Assembly: GCA_964620905.1 (NCBI GenBank)
Contig: CAZUKA010000001.1
Coordinates: forward strand, 18,141-82,140
Length of the DNA stretch: 64,000 nucleotides
Reading direction: 5' to 3'
DNA from: an uncultured Gammaproteobacteria bacterium
GTDB taxonomy: Bacteria; Patescibacteriota; Patescibacteriia; S139-126
The notes beneath the pieces are model-generated. The model saw only the letters and a program-made list of their open reading frames with translations. It searched no databases and was not told the origin of the DNA. Position numbers and translations under genes: made by a program. Of this stretch, positions 1 through 9,711 are shown piece after piece (the first letter of the stretch is position 1; every line of letters begins with the position of its first letter).

Positions 1-585
1 GCAGTTAATACTTTTGATATTCATTGGCCAAAACAAGACCAGGTAGAATATAGTTATTTGTTGACCATGGATCCGACACAATTACCCGATGAGATACCGG
101 AATCTTTGACCAATAATTTACAGTATGAAAATTTACCAGATGGTATTTATTATTTTGTTTTACGATCCCGACCAGTGGGTGGCAATTGGCAAGATAGGGT
201 TATGAGACGGGCTATGATTGACACCCTGCCACCAGAATTTACTGAATTGCGCTTGATTGATGAAAAACAAACGTTTGGTTTGGCTAAAAATTTGTTTTTT
301 GCTGTTATTGATAATTTTTCCGGGGTAAATCAAGTGATTTTAAATGTCAATGGCGACGAATCTCAGATCATCAATAATCCCTGGAAAGTACCTAAACATT
401 GGTTAAACAAGACAAAAATTGAAATTATGGCCTCTGATTTGGCTGGCAATACTACTTCCAAACATTTAACACTTGAACCGTTTGTACCAAAGTGGTTGTG
501 GCTAAGTTTGCTGATAATCATTATAATATTATTGGTGGTGACGACGTATATTTTATGGCAAAAAAGAAAAACAAAATTATCATAA
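1..585 (+). CDS. cell-surface protein, 5'-truncated at window edge; extracellular Fn3/Ig-like region with C-terminal transmembrane anchor
   Basis: Reading frame is open from nt 1 with no stop before the listed Met at 58. C-terminal hydrophobic helix WLWLSLLIIIIILLVVTTYILW is followed by KRKTK. Shares short motifs (HWP, YYF.LR, D.LPPE) with the next gene, suggesting a paralogous pair. Confidence 0.5.
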   Translation, partial: AVNTFDIHWPKQDQVEYSYLLTMDPTQLPDEIPESLTNNLQYENLPDGIYYFVLRSRPVGGNWQDRVMRRAMIDTLPPEFTELRLIDEKQTFGLAKNLFFAVIDNFSGVNQVILNVNGDESQIINNPWKVPKHWLNKTKIEIMASDLAGNTTSKHLTLEPFVPKWLWLSLLIIIIILLVVTTYILWQKRKTKLS

Positions 586-2018
586 TTTTTTTATTTTGTA
601 TTTTATTTTACGCCTATCCAGCACAGGCGGGTAATTTTACTTTTAGTTTTTCACCAGCTCAAGCAACAATTATTGTGGGTGAGGAGTTCAGTGTAGATTT
701 TATTTTGTCAGCAACAGATAATATCAATGCTGCTCGGGCTCAATATAATTTTGACAGTGAGTATTTGGAAGTTTTAGATATTGTAACTACTGATTCAATT
801 TTTACTCATTGGCCAATTAAACCAAAAATTACTGGTAACCGAATTGAGTTTTCTGGTGGTTTACCTTCACCTGGGTTTACTGGTGACAAGGGTAAAGTTT
901 TATCTATGTTGTTGAGAGCAAAAAAGCCAGGTAGTGCCAGTTTACAATTTATTTCCGGCTCGCTTCATGCCAATGACGGCGTGGGAACAAATGTGTTGAG
1001 TGGTATGAATGGAGCAATTTTTACTGTTCAACCCGAAGGTTATGTACCGACTGGTATATCTCCCGAAGAGTTAACCGCCACTTTAGCCGCGCCAACAATT
1101 TCTTCACCTACTCATCCTGATCAGACGGTGTGGTACCGTCAATCACAAACTGTTTTTATTTGGCAATTGCCAACCTCTCCCGCTGAACTTTTTTATGAAA
1201 TTGATCATCAACCCCAAACTTACCCACAAAAGAGTTTAGCTTCACCTTTGAATTATTCTCATTCTTTTTTGGAAAATGGTGTTTGGTATTTTCATTTGCG
1301 GTATGAAAAAAATGGTGAACGTAGCCGCACAGCTCATTACAAAATCCAGTTTGACGATATCCCCCCAGAGGCTTTTGCCGTTTCGGTTCAAAAAAATCAA
1401 CAAACCGGAGCTTATCAAATTTCTTTTCCTACCGAAGATAAAATGTCGGGGATTGATTATTATGAAGTTAGTATTGATGAGAATAAATTTTTGATCCGCA
1501 CCTCACAGTCTTTTTATGAAATAGCAACTTTGTCGCCGGGCACCCATCCGATAGTAGTGAGTGCTGTTGACAAAGCAGGCAATAAAAGGACTGTCAGAGC
1601 AGTAGTAGATGTTGAAACTTTGACTTTTGCACCCCAACTTTTAGTCAAAATGTTTTCACCTGATATCTTGCCATTGGAAATGAGATTGTCATTTTATTAT
1701 GGTTTGATGTTTTTATTGTTTTTGGCTTTGTTTTTATTTATTATGCTGTGGTTTAGACGTGCCAAACGCAGACAAGACAGAAAATTTTCTCAAGAAGTGG
1801 GGGAGCTTGCTGCTAGTGTTGATTTTGGTTTTCAAACTCTCCGGCGAGATATTCTAGTACAAATTGAAGAAATATATAAAAAACAAAAAGCCATAGGACT
1901 TGACGATAAAGAAAAAGAAAATTTGAAAAAACTTGAAGCTGATCTTGATATTATTGAAACTTATATAAAAAAAGAACTCAAAGACGTATCTGATTTTGAT
2001 AAATATAAAACCAAGTAA
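555..2018 (+). CDS. secreted cell-surface protein: signal peptide, Ig/cohesin-like and Fn3-like domains, C-terminal TM helix plus charged coiled-coil tail
   Basis: Internal Met at 555 (MAKKKNKIIIIFLFCILFYAYPAQA) gives a typical signal peptide; the ORF tracker's upstream start at 492 overlaps the previous gene. Beta-rich domains are present (YYEVSIDENKF...). The TM segment LSFYYGLMFLLFLALFLFIMLWF is followed by RRAKRRQDRK and a K/E-rich tail. Confidence 0.6.
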   Translation: MAKKKNKIIIIFLFCILFYAYPAQAGNFTFSFSPAQATIIVGEEFSVDFILSATDNINAARAQYNFDSEYLEVLDIVTTDSIFTHWPIKPKITGNRIEFSGGLPSPGFTGDKGKVLSMLLRAKKPGSASLQFISGSLHANDGVGTNVLSGMNGAIFTVQPEGYVPTGISPEELTATLAAPTISSPTHPDQTVWYRQSQTVFIWQLPTSPAELFYEIDHQPQTYPQKSLASPLNYSHSFLENGVWYFHLRYEKNGERSRTAHYKIQFDDIPPEAFAVSVQKNQQTGAYQISFPTEDKMSGIDYYEVSIDENKFLIRTSQSFYEIATLSPGTHPIVVSAVDKAGNKRTVRAVVDVETLTFAPQLLVKMFSPDILPLEMRLSFYYGLMFLLFLALFLFIMLWFRRAKRRQDRKFSQEVGELAASVDFGFQTLRRDILVQIEEIYKKQKAIGLDDKEKENLKKLEADLDIIETYIKKELKDVSDFDKYKTK

Positions 2019-2324
2019 TTATAAATTTTCAATTATAAATTATAAATGAATTATTGAATTAAAAAATTAAAAATTGATTTAAAATTAATAATTTATTATT
2101 TAAAATTCAATAACCATATTTTTATTTGATTAATTGTTCGTGTGGATAACAAGTTTGCCAAAAATAATGACATATATTAATCTAAAACCAATGAAAATCA
2201 AGAGTTTACAAAAGATGATGCAGATGATGGCTAGTTTTTAGCCCTGGTTTTTTATTTTATTAAATCATGGGCTCAAAACGGGCCTTTTTTGTTTTTTTAA
2301 CAACCAAATTATAGGAGATTAATC

Positions 2325-2513
2325 ATGTTTGATATCAATGTTATTGTGGCTATCAACAACATACCCGAGGCTAAGGAAAAATTTATGAAAGGTGGTCTGA
2401 ACGCCACAATTAATATGGGACATAATACAAAAACTTATCCGCAAGGTATCAAACCAGTAGAACAAAAAAAAGAGAGAATAGCCAAAAATAAAAACTCCAA
2501 AACCCAAGATTAA
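2325..2513 (+). CDS. small hypothetical protein (62 aa)
   Basis: ORF preceded by a good Shine-Dalgarno (ataGGAGattaatcATG). No recognisable family. An overlapping antisense ORF (2319-2561) is judged spurious. Confidence 0.35.
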   Translation: MFDINVIVAINNIPEAKEKFMKGGLNATINMGHNTKTYPQGIKPVEQKKERIAKNKNSKTQD

Positions 2514-2608
2514 CTTGGGTTTTTTTATTGTCAATTTTGTGTTAAAATAAATACATAGCAATCATGCAGATTTTTAAATAATTTTTTTAAGAAAAAATAT
2601 ATTTCCCC

Positions 2609-4351
2609 ATGCAAATAAATGACTTTAACTGGAAAATAGGCGGTGAGGCCGGTTTTGGTATTATGTCATCTGGTATGATGTTTGCCAAAGTGTGTACCAG
2701 ATCAGGACTTTTTATACATGATTACAGCGAGTACCCATCGTTGATTAGAGGCGGACACAATACTTATCAAGTTTACGTAAATAGTAAAAAGATATTTAGC
2801 CAACGACGAGTGGTTAATTTGTTAGTGGCACTAAATACCCAAGCCATTAGTGAACACCTAGGTGAACTTATTGCCGGGAGCGGCCTAATTTGTGATAGCA
2901 CCAGAGTTCAAATACCAACTAAAATACTTAGTAAACAAAAAATTAAATTATACGATTTGCCATTAAATAAAATTGCCAAAGAAGTAGGTGGTGATGAAGT
3001 CATGCGCAATACTGTAGCTTTGGGTGCAACCGTGGCACTGATAAAATTTGATTTTAAAATTTTGGAAAATATTATCAAAGACCAGTTTGCTCATAAAGAT
3101 GATCAAGTATCAGTACAAAATATCAAAGCCGCACGTAGTGGTTATGAATATATCAAGTCGCATTATCAAGTTGATGATTTTGGTTTTAAGTTGCATCCAC
3201 AAACCAATAAAGAACAAATTGTTCTCACAGCCAATGATGCAGTAGCACTCGGGGCCATCGCCGCTGGTTGTAAGTTTTATGCAGCTTATCCTATGACCCC
3301 ATCTTCTTCTATTTTACATACCTTAGCGGAGATTGGTCCTAAATATGGCATGGTAGTTAGACATGCTGAGGATGAAATATCAGTTATCAATATGGTTGCC
3401 GGTGCTGCGACTGCAGGTGTCAGAGCTATGCTTGGTACATCTGGTGGTGGTTGGGCTTTGATGAATGAAGGCTATTCTCTGGCTGGCATCACGGAAACCC
3501 CTTTGGTTGTGATTATGTCACAGCGCCCAGGTCCGGCGACAGGACTACCAACTTGGACTGAACAAGGGGATTTGAAATTTATTTTAAACTCTGGTCATGG
3601 TGAATTTCCGCGCATTGTATTGACCCCTGGAGATCAAGAAGAAGCATTTTATTTGACCCAACTAGCCTTTAATATTGCTGAAATAGTGCAAAATCCCGTG
3701 ATTATCATGTTGGACAAATATATTTCTGAAAGCCATTTATCCCTACCTTTTTATAATTGGCAAAAGTCAAAAATAAAACGAGGGAAAATTTTGGAAGATA
3801 GTGAAGCTAAAAAGATTGGTGACAAATACCAGCGTTATAAACTGACAACGGATGGCATTTCACCTCGCGCACTACCGGGGCAAGTTGGACCTATTATTTT
3901 TATCAATTCTGATGAACATGACGAGATGGGTTTTAGCGAAGAATCAGCTGATAATCGTATTGGTCAAGTGGAAAAGAGATCTAGGAAAATAAAACAAATA
4001 GTAAAAGATTTACCTCAAGCTAGGTTGTATGGACCAAAAACAGCTACTTGTACTTTGGTAGGTTGGGGCAGTGTCAAGGGGCCAGTACTTGATGTTTTAC
4101 AAAGTAAAAAATTGAAAAAGTCAGTTAATTTTATACATTTTCCCATGTTAGCACCGTTACCTGTCAACGCTCAAAAGTTACTAACAACTGCAAAACGACT
4201 GGTATTGGTAGAAAATAATTCCACCGGCCAGCTAGCTGATGTTTTACGTTCTGAATCAAACGTAGTTTTTCGTAAAAAAATATTACGCTATGATGGGCGG
4301 CCTTTTTATAGTGAAGATTTAGTGAGAGAGATAAATAAGATTAAATTATAA
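2609..4351 (+). CDS. korA: 2-oxoacid:ferredoxin oxidoreductase, alpha subunit (fused gamma-alpha type; KorA/PorA-like)
   Basis: The N-terminal motif GGEAGFGIMSSGMMFAKVCTRSG...IRGGHNTYQV is typical of the POR/KOR gamma-like domain. It is followed by the transketolase-like alpha domain (AAYPMTPSS, GAATAG, MSQRPGPATGLPT). The adjacent beta subunit supports the call. Confidence 0.85.
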   Translation: MQINDFNWKIGGEAGFGIMSSGMMFAKVCTRSGLFIHDYSEYPSLIRGGHNTYQVYVNSKKIFSQRRVVNLLVALNTQAISEHLGELIAGSGLICDSTRVQIPTKILSKQKIKLYDLPLNKIAKEVGGDEVMRNTVALGATVALIKFDFKILENIIKDQFAHKDDQVSVQNIKAARSGYEYIKSHYQVDDFGFKLHPQTNKEQIVLTANDAVALGAIAAGCKFYAAYPMTPSSSILHTLAEIGPKYGMVVRHAEDEISVINMVAGAATAGVRAMLGTSGGGWALMNEGYSLAGITETPLVVIMSQRPGPATGLPTWTEQGDLKFILNSGHGEFPRIVLTPGDQEEAFYLTQLAFNIAEIVQNPVIIMLDKYISESHLSLPFYNWQKSKIKRGKILEDSEAKKIGDKYQRYKLTTDGISPRALPGQVGPIIFINSDEHDEMGFSEESADNRIGQVEKRSRKIKQIVKDLPQARLYGPKTATCTLVGWGSVKGPVLDVLQSKKLKKSVNFIHFPMLAPLPVNAQKLLTTAKRLVLVENNSTGQLADVLRSESNVVFRKKILRYDGRPFYSEDLVREINKIKL

Positions 4352-4404
4352 ATTATCAATTATAAATTATAAATCAATTTTTATAATTTAAAATTAATAC
4401 AACT

Positions 4405-5262
4405 ATGTCCACTGATAATAATTTTATAACCTCCTATGATCCTACCTGGTGTCCGGGTTGTGGTAATTTTGGTCTGTGGGGTGCTTTGAAAAAAACTTTA
4501 GCAGAAATTGATATCCCTAGAGAACAAATAATGGCCGTTTATGGTATTGGTTGTAGTGGCAATGGTTTCAATTTTACAAAAATAAATTCTTTTCATGGAT
4601 TACACGGTCGTACTTTGCCTGTCGCTGAAGGATTGAAACTTGCTAATCATAAGTTAACCGTGATTGCTTTGGGTGGTGATGGTGATGGTTATGGAGAAGG
4701 CGGAAACCATTTTTTACATGCTTGTCGGGCTAATCATGATATTGCTTATTTTGTCCATAACAATCAAACCTATGGTTTAACCACTGGTCAAACTTCACCT
4801 ACCACTGAACAGGGAATTAAATCAAAATCCAACCCTTCAGGCGGCGTAGATAAACCCATCAATCCTGTTGCTCTAGCGATTACAGCTGGTGCGACTTTTG
4901 TAGCTCGTGGTTTTACTGGTGATATCAATCATTTATCAGAAATGATGAAACTGGCAATAAGTCATAAGGGTTTTGCGTTACTTGATATTTTACAGCCTTG
5001 TTTTACTTTCAATAAACACAATACTTACCAATATTTTAGACAAAGAGTTTACAAATTGGAAAACCACAATCCAGCTGATTTGGTTAGAGCTTTGGAGTTG
5101 GCTGGGCAATGGGAAAGAGAAGACAAAATTCCTTTGGGGGTTATTTATCAAAATGTTACTCAGCCTGCTTTTCATGAAAATTTTCCTCAGCTCACCAAGC
5201 AGGTCTTGAAAGACCAATCTCTCCAACATGATATTACCGCAGATTTAAAAAGTTTTGTGTAA
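4405..5262 (+). CDS. korB: 2-oxoacid:ferredoxin oxidoreductase, beta subunit (TPP-binding)
   Basis: Motifs WCPGCGNFG and GIGCSG...GGDGDGY match the TPP-binding beta subunits of 2-oxoacid:ferredoxin oxidoreductases. The gene lies immediately downstream of the alpha subunit. Confidence 0.85.
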   Translation: MSTDNNFITSYDPTWCPGCGNFGLWGALKKTLAEIDIPREQIMAVYGIGCSGNGFNFTKINSFHGLHGRTLPVAEGLKLANHKLTVIALGGDGDGYGEGGNHFLHACRANHDIAYFVHNNQTYGLTTGQTSPTTEQGIKSKSNPSGGVDKPINPVALAITAGATFVARGFTGDINHLSEMMKLAISHKGFALLDILQPCFTFNKHNTYQYFRQRVYKLENHNPADLVRALELAGQWEREDKIPLGVIYQNVTQPAFHENFPQLTKQVLKDQSLQHDITADLKSFV

Positions 5263-5267
5263 GAGAT

Positions 5268-5735
5268 ATGCGTATAACTATCTTAGCGGTTGGTAAAACC
5301 AAACAAGCATTTTTACAAACCGGTGAGGGGATATATCTAAAAAAGTTATCTCCTTTTTGTCAGATTTCTTTGCAGATAATTAGTTCGCTAGCTGATATAA
5401 AAAATCAAACCAAAGAAAAAATTATTGCTAAAGAGGGTGAATTTATCATGCAAAAAATTAAACCCTCAGCCCATGTTGTTTCTTTGGATAGAACTGGAAA
5501 AAAAATTAACTCCGAACAAGTAGCCAGACAAATTTCCACTTGGTTAAGTTTGGGAAAAGAAATCGTTGTAGTTATTGGTGGTGCTTTTGGTTTATCAGAA
5601 CAAGTCAAGAAAAGATCACAAGTTATTTTAAGTTTGTCAGATTTAACTTTTACTCACGAAATGGTGCGTTTAATTTTTCTAGAACAACTTTATCGAGGTT
5701 TTACTATAATTAAGGGCGTTCCTTATCACTATTAA
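5268..5735 (+). CDS. rlmH: 23S rRNA (pseudouridine1915-N3)-methyltransferase RlmH (SPOUT family)
   Basis: 155 aa. N-terminus MRITILAVGKTK and the C-terminal ...SLSDLTFTHEMVRLIFLEQLYRGFTIIKGVPYH match RlmH signature regions. Confidence 0.8.
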   Translation: MRITILAVGKTKQAFLQTGEGIYLKKLSPFCQISLQIISSLADIKNQTKEKIIAKEGEFIMQKIKPSAHVVSLDRTGKKINSEQVARQISTWLSLGKEIVVVIGGAFGLSEQVKKRSQVILSLSDLTFTHEMVRLIFLEQLYRGFTIIKGVPYHY

Positions 5736-5736
5736 A

Positions 5737-5758
5737 AAACTGTCCTTAAGGACAGTTT
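5737..5758. terminator. bidirectional intrinsic terminator hairpin (aaactgtcc-ttaa-ggacagttt)
   Basis: Perfect 9-bp stem with a 4-nt loop, flanked by an A-run on one side and a T-rich stretch on the other. It sits between convergent rlmH (+) and a small minus-strand ORF. Confidence 0.7.
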
Positions 5759-5763
5759 AAAAT

Positions 5764-5955
5764 TTAATTATCAAGTGGTTTAGTTTTGGGATTTGTATTG
5801 CATGGTTTATTAGTGATTTTTCGTCGGATAATGATTTTTCCCTTGCGGGGTTGTTGATTAAATTTTGGTGTTTGGTTGTTTGGATTTAGAACTCCATGTT
5901 TATGGTTTTTTACTGAAAGTAATCTAGCTAATAGACTGGCCATTTTGGACCTCAT
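5764..5955 (-). CDS. small highly basic protein (59-63 aa), unknown function
   Basis: ORF ends right at the strong terminator, which on the minus strand has a 6-U tail. An alternative start at 5943 has an AGGT 8 nt upstream. The region's GC is higher than its surroundings. The K/R-rich sequence has no family match I can recognise. Confidence 0.4.
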   Translation of the reverse strand: MRSKMASLLARLLSVKNHKHGVLNPNNQTPKFNQQPRKGKIIIRRKITNKPCNTNPKTKPLDN

Positions 5956-6138
5956 GATAATTATAAAATAAATTAGTTAAAGAACAATTTATTTAATATA
6001 TATCAATCCAATCAACCAGTCAAGGATATTTATATTTGAATATTGGTTCTTGAATTTAGAATCTTGTTTTAAAAAATAAGTAAAAATATTAAGTCCCAAT
6101 TCTTGATTCATTATTCATACTTCATAATTCTAATACAT

Positions 6139-7527
6139 ATGAAATTAACATTTTACGGGGCCGCCAAGGAAGTTACTGGTTCTAAGCATTTACTTGAGGT
6201 TAAAGGAAAAAAAATACTACTTGATTGTGGTATGTTTCAGGGACACCGTAAAGAAGCAGAAAAGAAAAATAGGGAACTACCATTCAATCCAGCGGAAATT
6301 GATGCAGTGATTTTATCACACGCACATTTGGATCATTGTGGTAGTTTGCCTGTTATGTGGTTACAAGGTTTTCGTGGGCCAATCTATTGTACTTCGGCAA
6401 CTCGCGATGTGGCCGAATTGATTTTACTGGATAGTGCGCACGTCCAAGAGTCAGACAATATGCATCTAGCGCAAATTAAAAGTCAAATTGAACCAGAGCC
6501 GCCACTTTATACTGAACAGGAAGTCTATGCGGTGATGAAACAGTTTAAAACCATATCTTATCATCAGGAATTTGATGTTTTTAAAAACATTAAAGCAAAA
6601 TTTATTGATGCTGGACATATTCTTGGGTCAGCTCAAGTAGAAATAACTGTTCACGAACTTTGGCGTGATACCAGAATTGGTTTTACTGGCGATTTAGGCC
6701 GTAGTCAAATGCCAATATTGAAAGACCCAGAACAGTTGCAAGGACTTGATGTTTTACTCATCGAATCAACCTATGGCAATCGCATTCACGAGAGTTTTAC
6801 TGAGGCTAAACGGGTTTTAAAAAAATACGTATTGGAAGCAATCAGACGACAAGCAAAAATTATTGTCCCTTCTTTTGCTCTAGGAAGGACACAAGAACTG
6901 GTTTATTTGTTGCACGAGTTGACTGATGCGGGGGAAATCCCACGTTTTCCTATTTATGTTGATTCACCGCTGGCGATAGATCTTACGGAAATATTCAAGA
7001 GTCACCCCCAGTGTTTTGACAAAGAAACCTTTTTGACTTTTAGCGCTAGTGACAATCCGTTTGGCTTTCGCAATTTGACTTATACTTATACAACCAATGA
7101 TTCAATTGCCCTAAACAGTAAACGCGGACCCCTGATGATAATTTCCGCTGCCGGTATGTGCGAAGGAGGAAGAATTAGACATCATCTTAAAAATAGTGTT
7201 GAAAATCCCAACAATCTGATATTGATTACCGGTTTTATGGCCAAACATACTTTGGGTAGAAAAATTGTTGACCAGGAACCAATGCTGAAGATTTTTGATA
7301 ATCTGTATCGACTACGGGCACAAGTGGTAGTAGCAAACGCATTGTCAGCTCATGCGGATTCGGTTGATTTGGTGAATTATGTAGATCGAGTGGGTGAGAG
7401 GTTGAAAAAGGTTTTTATTGTCCATGGTGAGGAAACACAAAGTGCAGTCTTTCAAGGTAGACTACAAGAAAAATATGACCGTTTACAGACTTATATTCCA
7501 GATTTTGGTCAGCAATTTAAAATATAA
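6139..7527 (+). CDS. MBL-fold metallo-hydrolase of the beta-CASP family (RNase J/CPSF-like RNA-metabolising nuclease)
   Basis: Contains the HxHxDH motif (LSHAHLDHCGSLP) and downstream beta-CASP-type segments with a C-terminal RNA-specificity region. Start preferred at Met 6139 (MKLTFYGAAKEVTGS). Confidence 0.8.
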   Translation: MKLTFYGAAKEVTGSKHLLEVKGKKILLDCGMFQGHRKEAEKKNRELPFNPAEIDAVILSHAHLDHCGSLPVMWLQGFRGPIYCTSATRDVAELILLDSAHVQESDNMHLAQIKSQIEPEPPLYTEQEVYAVMKQFKTISYHQEFDVFKNIKAKFIDAGHILGSAQVEITVHELWRDTRIGFTGDLGRSQMPILKDPEQLQGLDVLLIESTYGNRIHESFTEAKRVLKKYVLEAIRRQAKIIVPSFALGRTQELVYLLHELTDAGEIPRFPIYVDSPLAIDLTEIFKSHPQCFDKETFLTFSASDNPFGFRNLTYTYTTNDSIALNSKRGPLMIISAAGMCEGGRIRHHLKNSVENPNNLILITGFMAKHTLGRKIVDQEPMLKIFDNLYRLRAQVVVANALSAHADSVDLVNYVDRVGERLKKVFIVHGEETQSAVFQGRLQEKYDRLQTYIPDFGQQFKI

Positions 7528-7554
7528 AAGCCCGCCAAAAGTGGCAGGCAAATT

Positions 7555-7776
7555 TTAAATGTAGTCGTTTTTTAGTTCCTCCTTTATTTTTTGCAAAATT
7601 TCTTTGCCAGTTAAAATTTTCATTTTATAGAATAAAGCAGCTACTGCCAGTAGAAATAAACTTAGAAATAGTTGTGACCAAATGTTTTTTTGTGGGTTTA
7701 TTTGTATGATGGCAATAGCCCCGATAGCTAAAAAGAGAAAGATTAATGACAGCATGATAAAAAAATAATAACGCAT
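7555..7776 (-). CDS. small two-TM membrane protein
   Basis: 73 aa with two hydrophobic helices. A possible weak hairpin (cccgcc...ggcagg) lies at its 3' end, between it and the convergent beta-CASP gene. Confidence 0.45.
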   Translation of the reverse strand: MRYYFFIMLSLIFLFLAIGAIAIIQINPQKNIWSQLFLSLFLLAVAALFYKMKILTGKEILQKIKEELKNDYI

Positions 7777-8117
7777 GACGCTCCTAATTTAATATTGTTA
7801 AAGTAAAAATATATTATAAGGAGGATTTGTTCTTTTGTCAATAATTTTTATCCAAGGCAGGTTGTTGAGACAAAATGATAATTATTTTATTATCGCGAGC
7901 TCATATTTATGGTAAGACGGGTTATTTTGGATCCTCCGCGTAGAACCGCAAACGCCTTAGATGCGTTTATTCAACCAAGATAATTGATCGATTTTTGGGG
8001 TTGAGATGCCCCAGCCAACTGCCTTTGATAAACTAATACTCAAAACCACTTTTTATAGTGGTTTTTTAAATGATGGTAAATTTACAATTTATAATTTACA
8101 ATTTATAATTATCTAAT

Positions 8118-8193
8118 CGGGGTGTAGCGCAGTTGGCTAGCGCGCGTCGTTCGGGACGACGAGGTCGGAGGTTCAAGTCCTCTCACCCCGACC
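8118..8193 (+). tRNA. trnP: tRNA-Pro (anticodon CGG)
   Basis: Cloverleaf read directly from the sequence. Acceptor stem CGGGGTG/CACCCCG, D-arm GCGC...GCGC, anticodon stem CGTCG/CGACG with loop TTCGGGA (anticodon CGG), T-arm GGAGG-TTCAAGT-CCTCT, discriminator A and an encoded CCA. Confidence 0.9.
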
Positions 8194-8404
8194 AAGTTCA
8201 GTATACTACCAGCTAGCTTAATTAGTGACTTTTTAGTATTAGTTCATGGTTTTACCAACCTTTGCCAAAGCCACGATAACTGTTTGGTAAAAATGTTAAT
8301 AGTGAAACAAATCAAAATAAGTTGGTTTGTTTTTTATTTAAGATTTTTACTTAATAACACAATACTTTTCTATCTTTTTTTCACAATTTATGGTATAATA
8401 AATA

Positions 8405-8922
8405 ATATGAAGAAACTAGTTTTTTGCAAAAAGTTTAGTGGTAATGAAAAATATCAGAGCTTGCGATTTGTCATGTATACTTTGGGTAGTTTATTGTTGG
8501 TGTTTTTATTGGCAGAAGTTATTTTAATTTTTTCTTGGTCAATCATAAGTTTTTCTAAAGCCCCATCTATAAATAAAAATATTTCATCTAACAACAACAG
8601 TACCGTCATTACTGTGGATCAAAAAAGATTGAGGAATAATTATATTTCCCAAGTGACCGCATTAGCTAGCCAAACTTCGCAAATAAATATTGACCGTGCT
8701 AGTTATACTCAGATTAGAGACGATTTATTGGCTTTATCTGTACCCAAAGATTATTTATCTTGGCATTTTAAACTAGTTATCTCTTTTGATCGGATTTTGG
8801 ATTTGATGTCCATGCAATCAGACAGTCCTAGTTTAGAGCATGAACAAGCAATCAGTGAACAGGCAAGAATTATCAAGGAACACTTTCAAACGTTATCCGA
8901 TATAAAACCGCTTGATTTATGA
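8405..8922 (+). CDS. membrane-anchored hypothetical protein (single N-terminal TM, extracytoplasmic domain); likely leaderless mRNA
   Basis: An extended -10 (TGgTATAAT, 8389-8397) ends about 7 nt before ATG 8405 (MKKLVFCKKF...), and no SD is present. One TM helix YTLGSLLLVFLLAEVILIFSWSII. The tracker's longer ORF from 8284 is considered a 5' over-extension. Confidence 0.5.
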
Positions 8923-9692
8923 AGAGTCGGTTGATTTCACAAAAGATTATTTTACTTGCTTATCTTTTTTTATTAGCCGTTTTTGGTTGGTGGGCTAGTA
9001 GCTGGCCAATGTTGTTGTTGCCAGGTGCGTTGCTACTTTTTGTTTTGACAGTTTTGGTAGTAAAATTGCTCTCGGGTTTGTCTTGGGTAACAATTGATTT
9101 TTATAAACATTTAATAGTCCCCCAACTATTTTTACTGGCGGCTGTATTGTTTTATATTTTTTTTAACACTTTGTTTTTACAGAAAATATATTGGGGTTTA
9201 GTCTGTCTGGCCATGTATTTTTATCTTTATAACTTGTGGCTTTTTTATAAAAAACCAAAACTCTATCAAGCATTTACCTTGGAAAACTATTCCTGGTATT
9301 TGCATCTGGCGGCTAGTTTTTTATTTACCAGTTCAATTTTTGGTTTGGTGATATTTATTAGTTTTACTTGGTATTTGGCAATAATCTCAGTTTTACTATT
9401 TGCTGGTTTGGCTTTTATTCAGATGTGGTGGATACAAAGGTTAAATAATACAGATCAATGGTGGTGGTTGCTGACGCATTTGTTTATTTGTTTGGCAGCT
9501 TTGGTAAGTATGATGTTATTACCTTTTAGTTTTTATGTTTTAGGATTTTGGTGGACAGCTATTTGGTTTTTAAGTACTACTTTTATCTTTCAACATGTTA
9601 CGGGTAAATATATTTGGCGTAAATACCTTTGGCAAGCCGGTTTGATTTTCGTGATAGCGCTATTAATTACTTATTCAGCTAAAATATTTTAG
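8919..9692 (+). CDS. polytopic Trp-rich integral membrane protein, unknown function
   Basis: About 8 predicted hydrophobic helices. Start overlaps the stop of the upstream gene, suggesting translational coupling. Confidence 0.55.
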   Translation: MKSRLISQKIILLAYLFLLAVFGWWASSWPMLLLPGALLLFVLTVLVVKLLSGLSWVTIDFYKHLIVPQLFLLAAVLFYIFFNTLFLQKIYWGLVCLAMYFYLYNLWLFYKKPKLYQAFTLENYSWYLHLAASFLFTSSIFGLVIFISFTWYLAIISVLLFAGLAFIQMWWIQRLNNTDQWWWLLTHLFICLAALVSMMLLPFSFYVLGFWWTAIWFLSTTFIFQHVTGKYIWRKYLWQAGLIFVIALLITYSAKIF

Positions 9693-9711
9693 TTATTAAA
9701 ATAAATTTTAT

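Noticed and set aside
2141-2149. Perfect DnaA box (TGTGGATAA = reverse complement of TTATCCACA) at 2141-2149, and a second at 26078-26086, considered as oriC markers
   Set aside because: Only isolated single boxes, with no cluster of multiple boxes or an adjacent AT-rich DUE, and no dnaA/dnaN nearby. Chance occurrence in AT-rich DNA is plausible.
2319-2561. Minus-strand ORF overlapping plus-strand ORF 2325-2513
   Set aside because: The two ORFs are mutually exclusive. The plus-strand one has a canonical SD, while the minus-strand product is a hydrophobic low-complexity artefact of AT-rich sequence.
4973-5229. Internal and antisense small tracker ORFs nested in korA, korB, rlmH, dnaK, the ABC permeases and other genes (for example 3048-3245, 4973-5229, 5405-5608, 56744-57579)
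   Set aside because: Fully embedded in or antisense to conserved, well-supported CDSs, with no independent signals.
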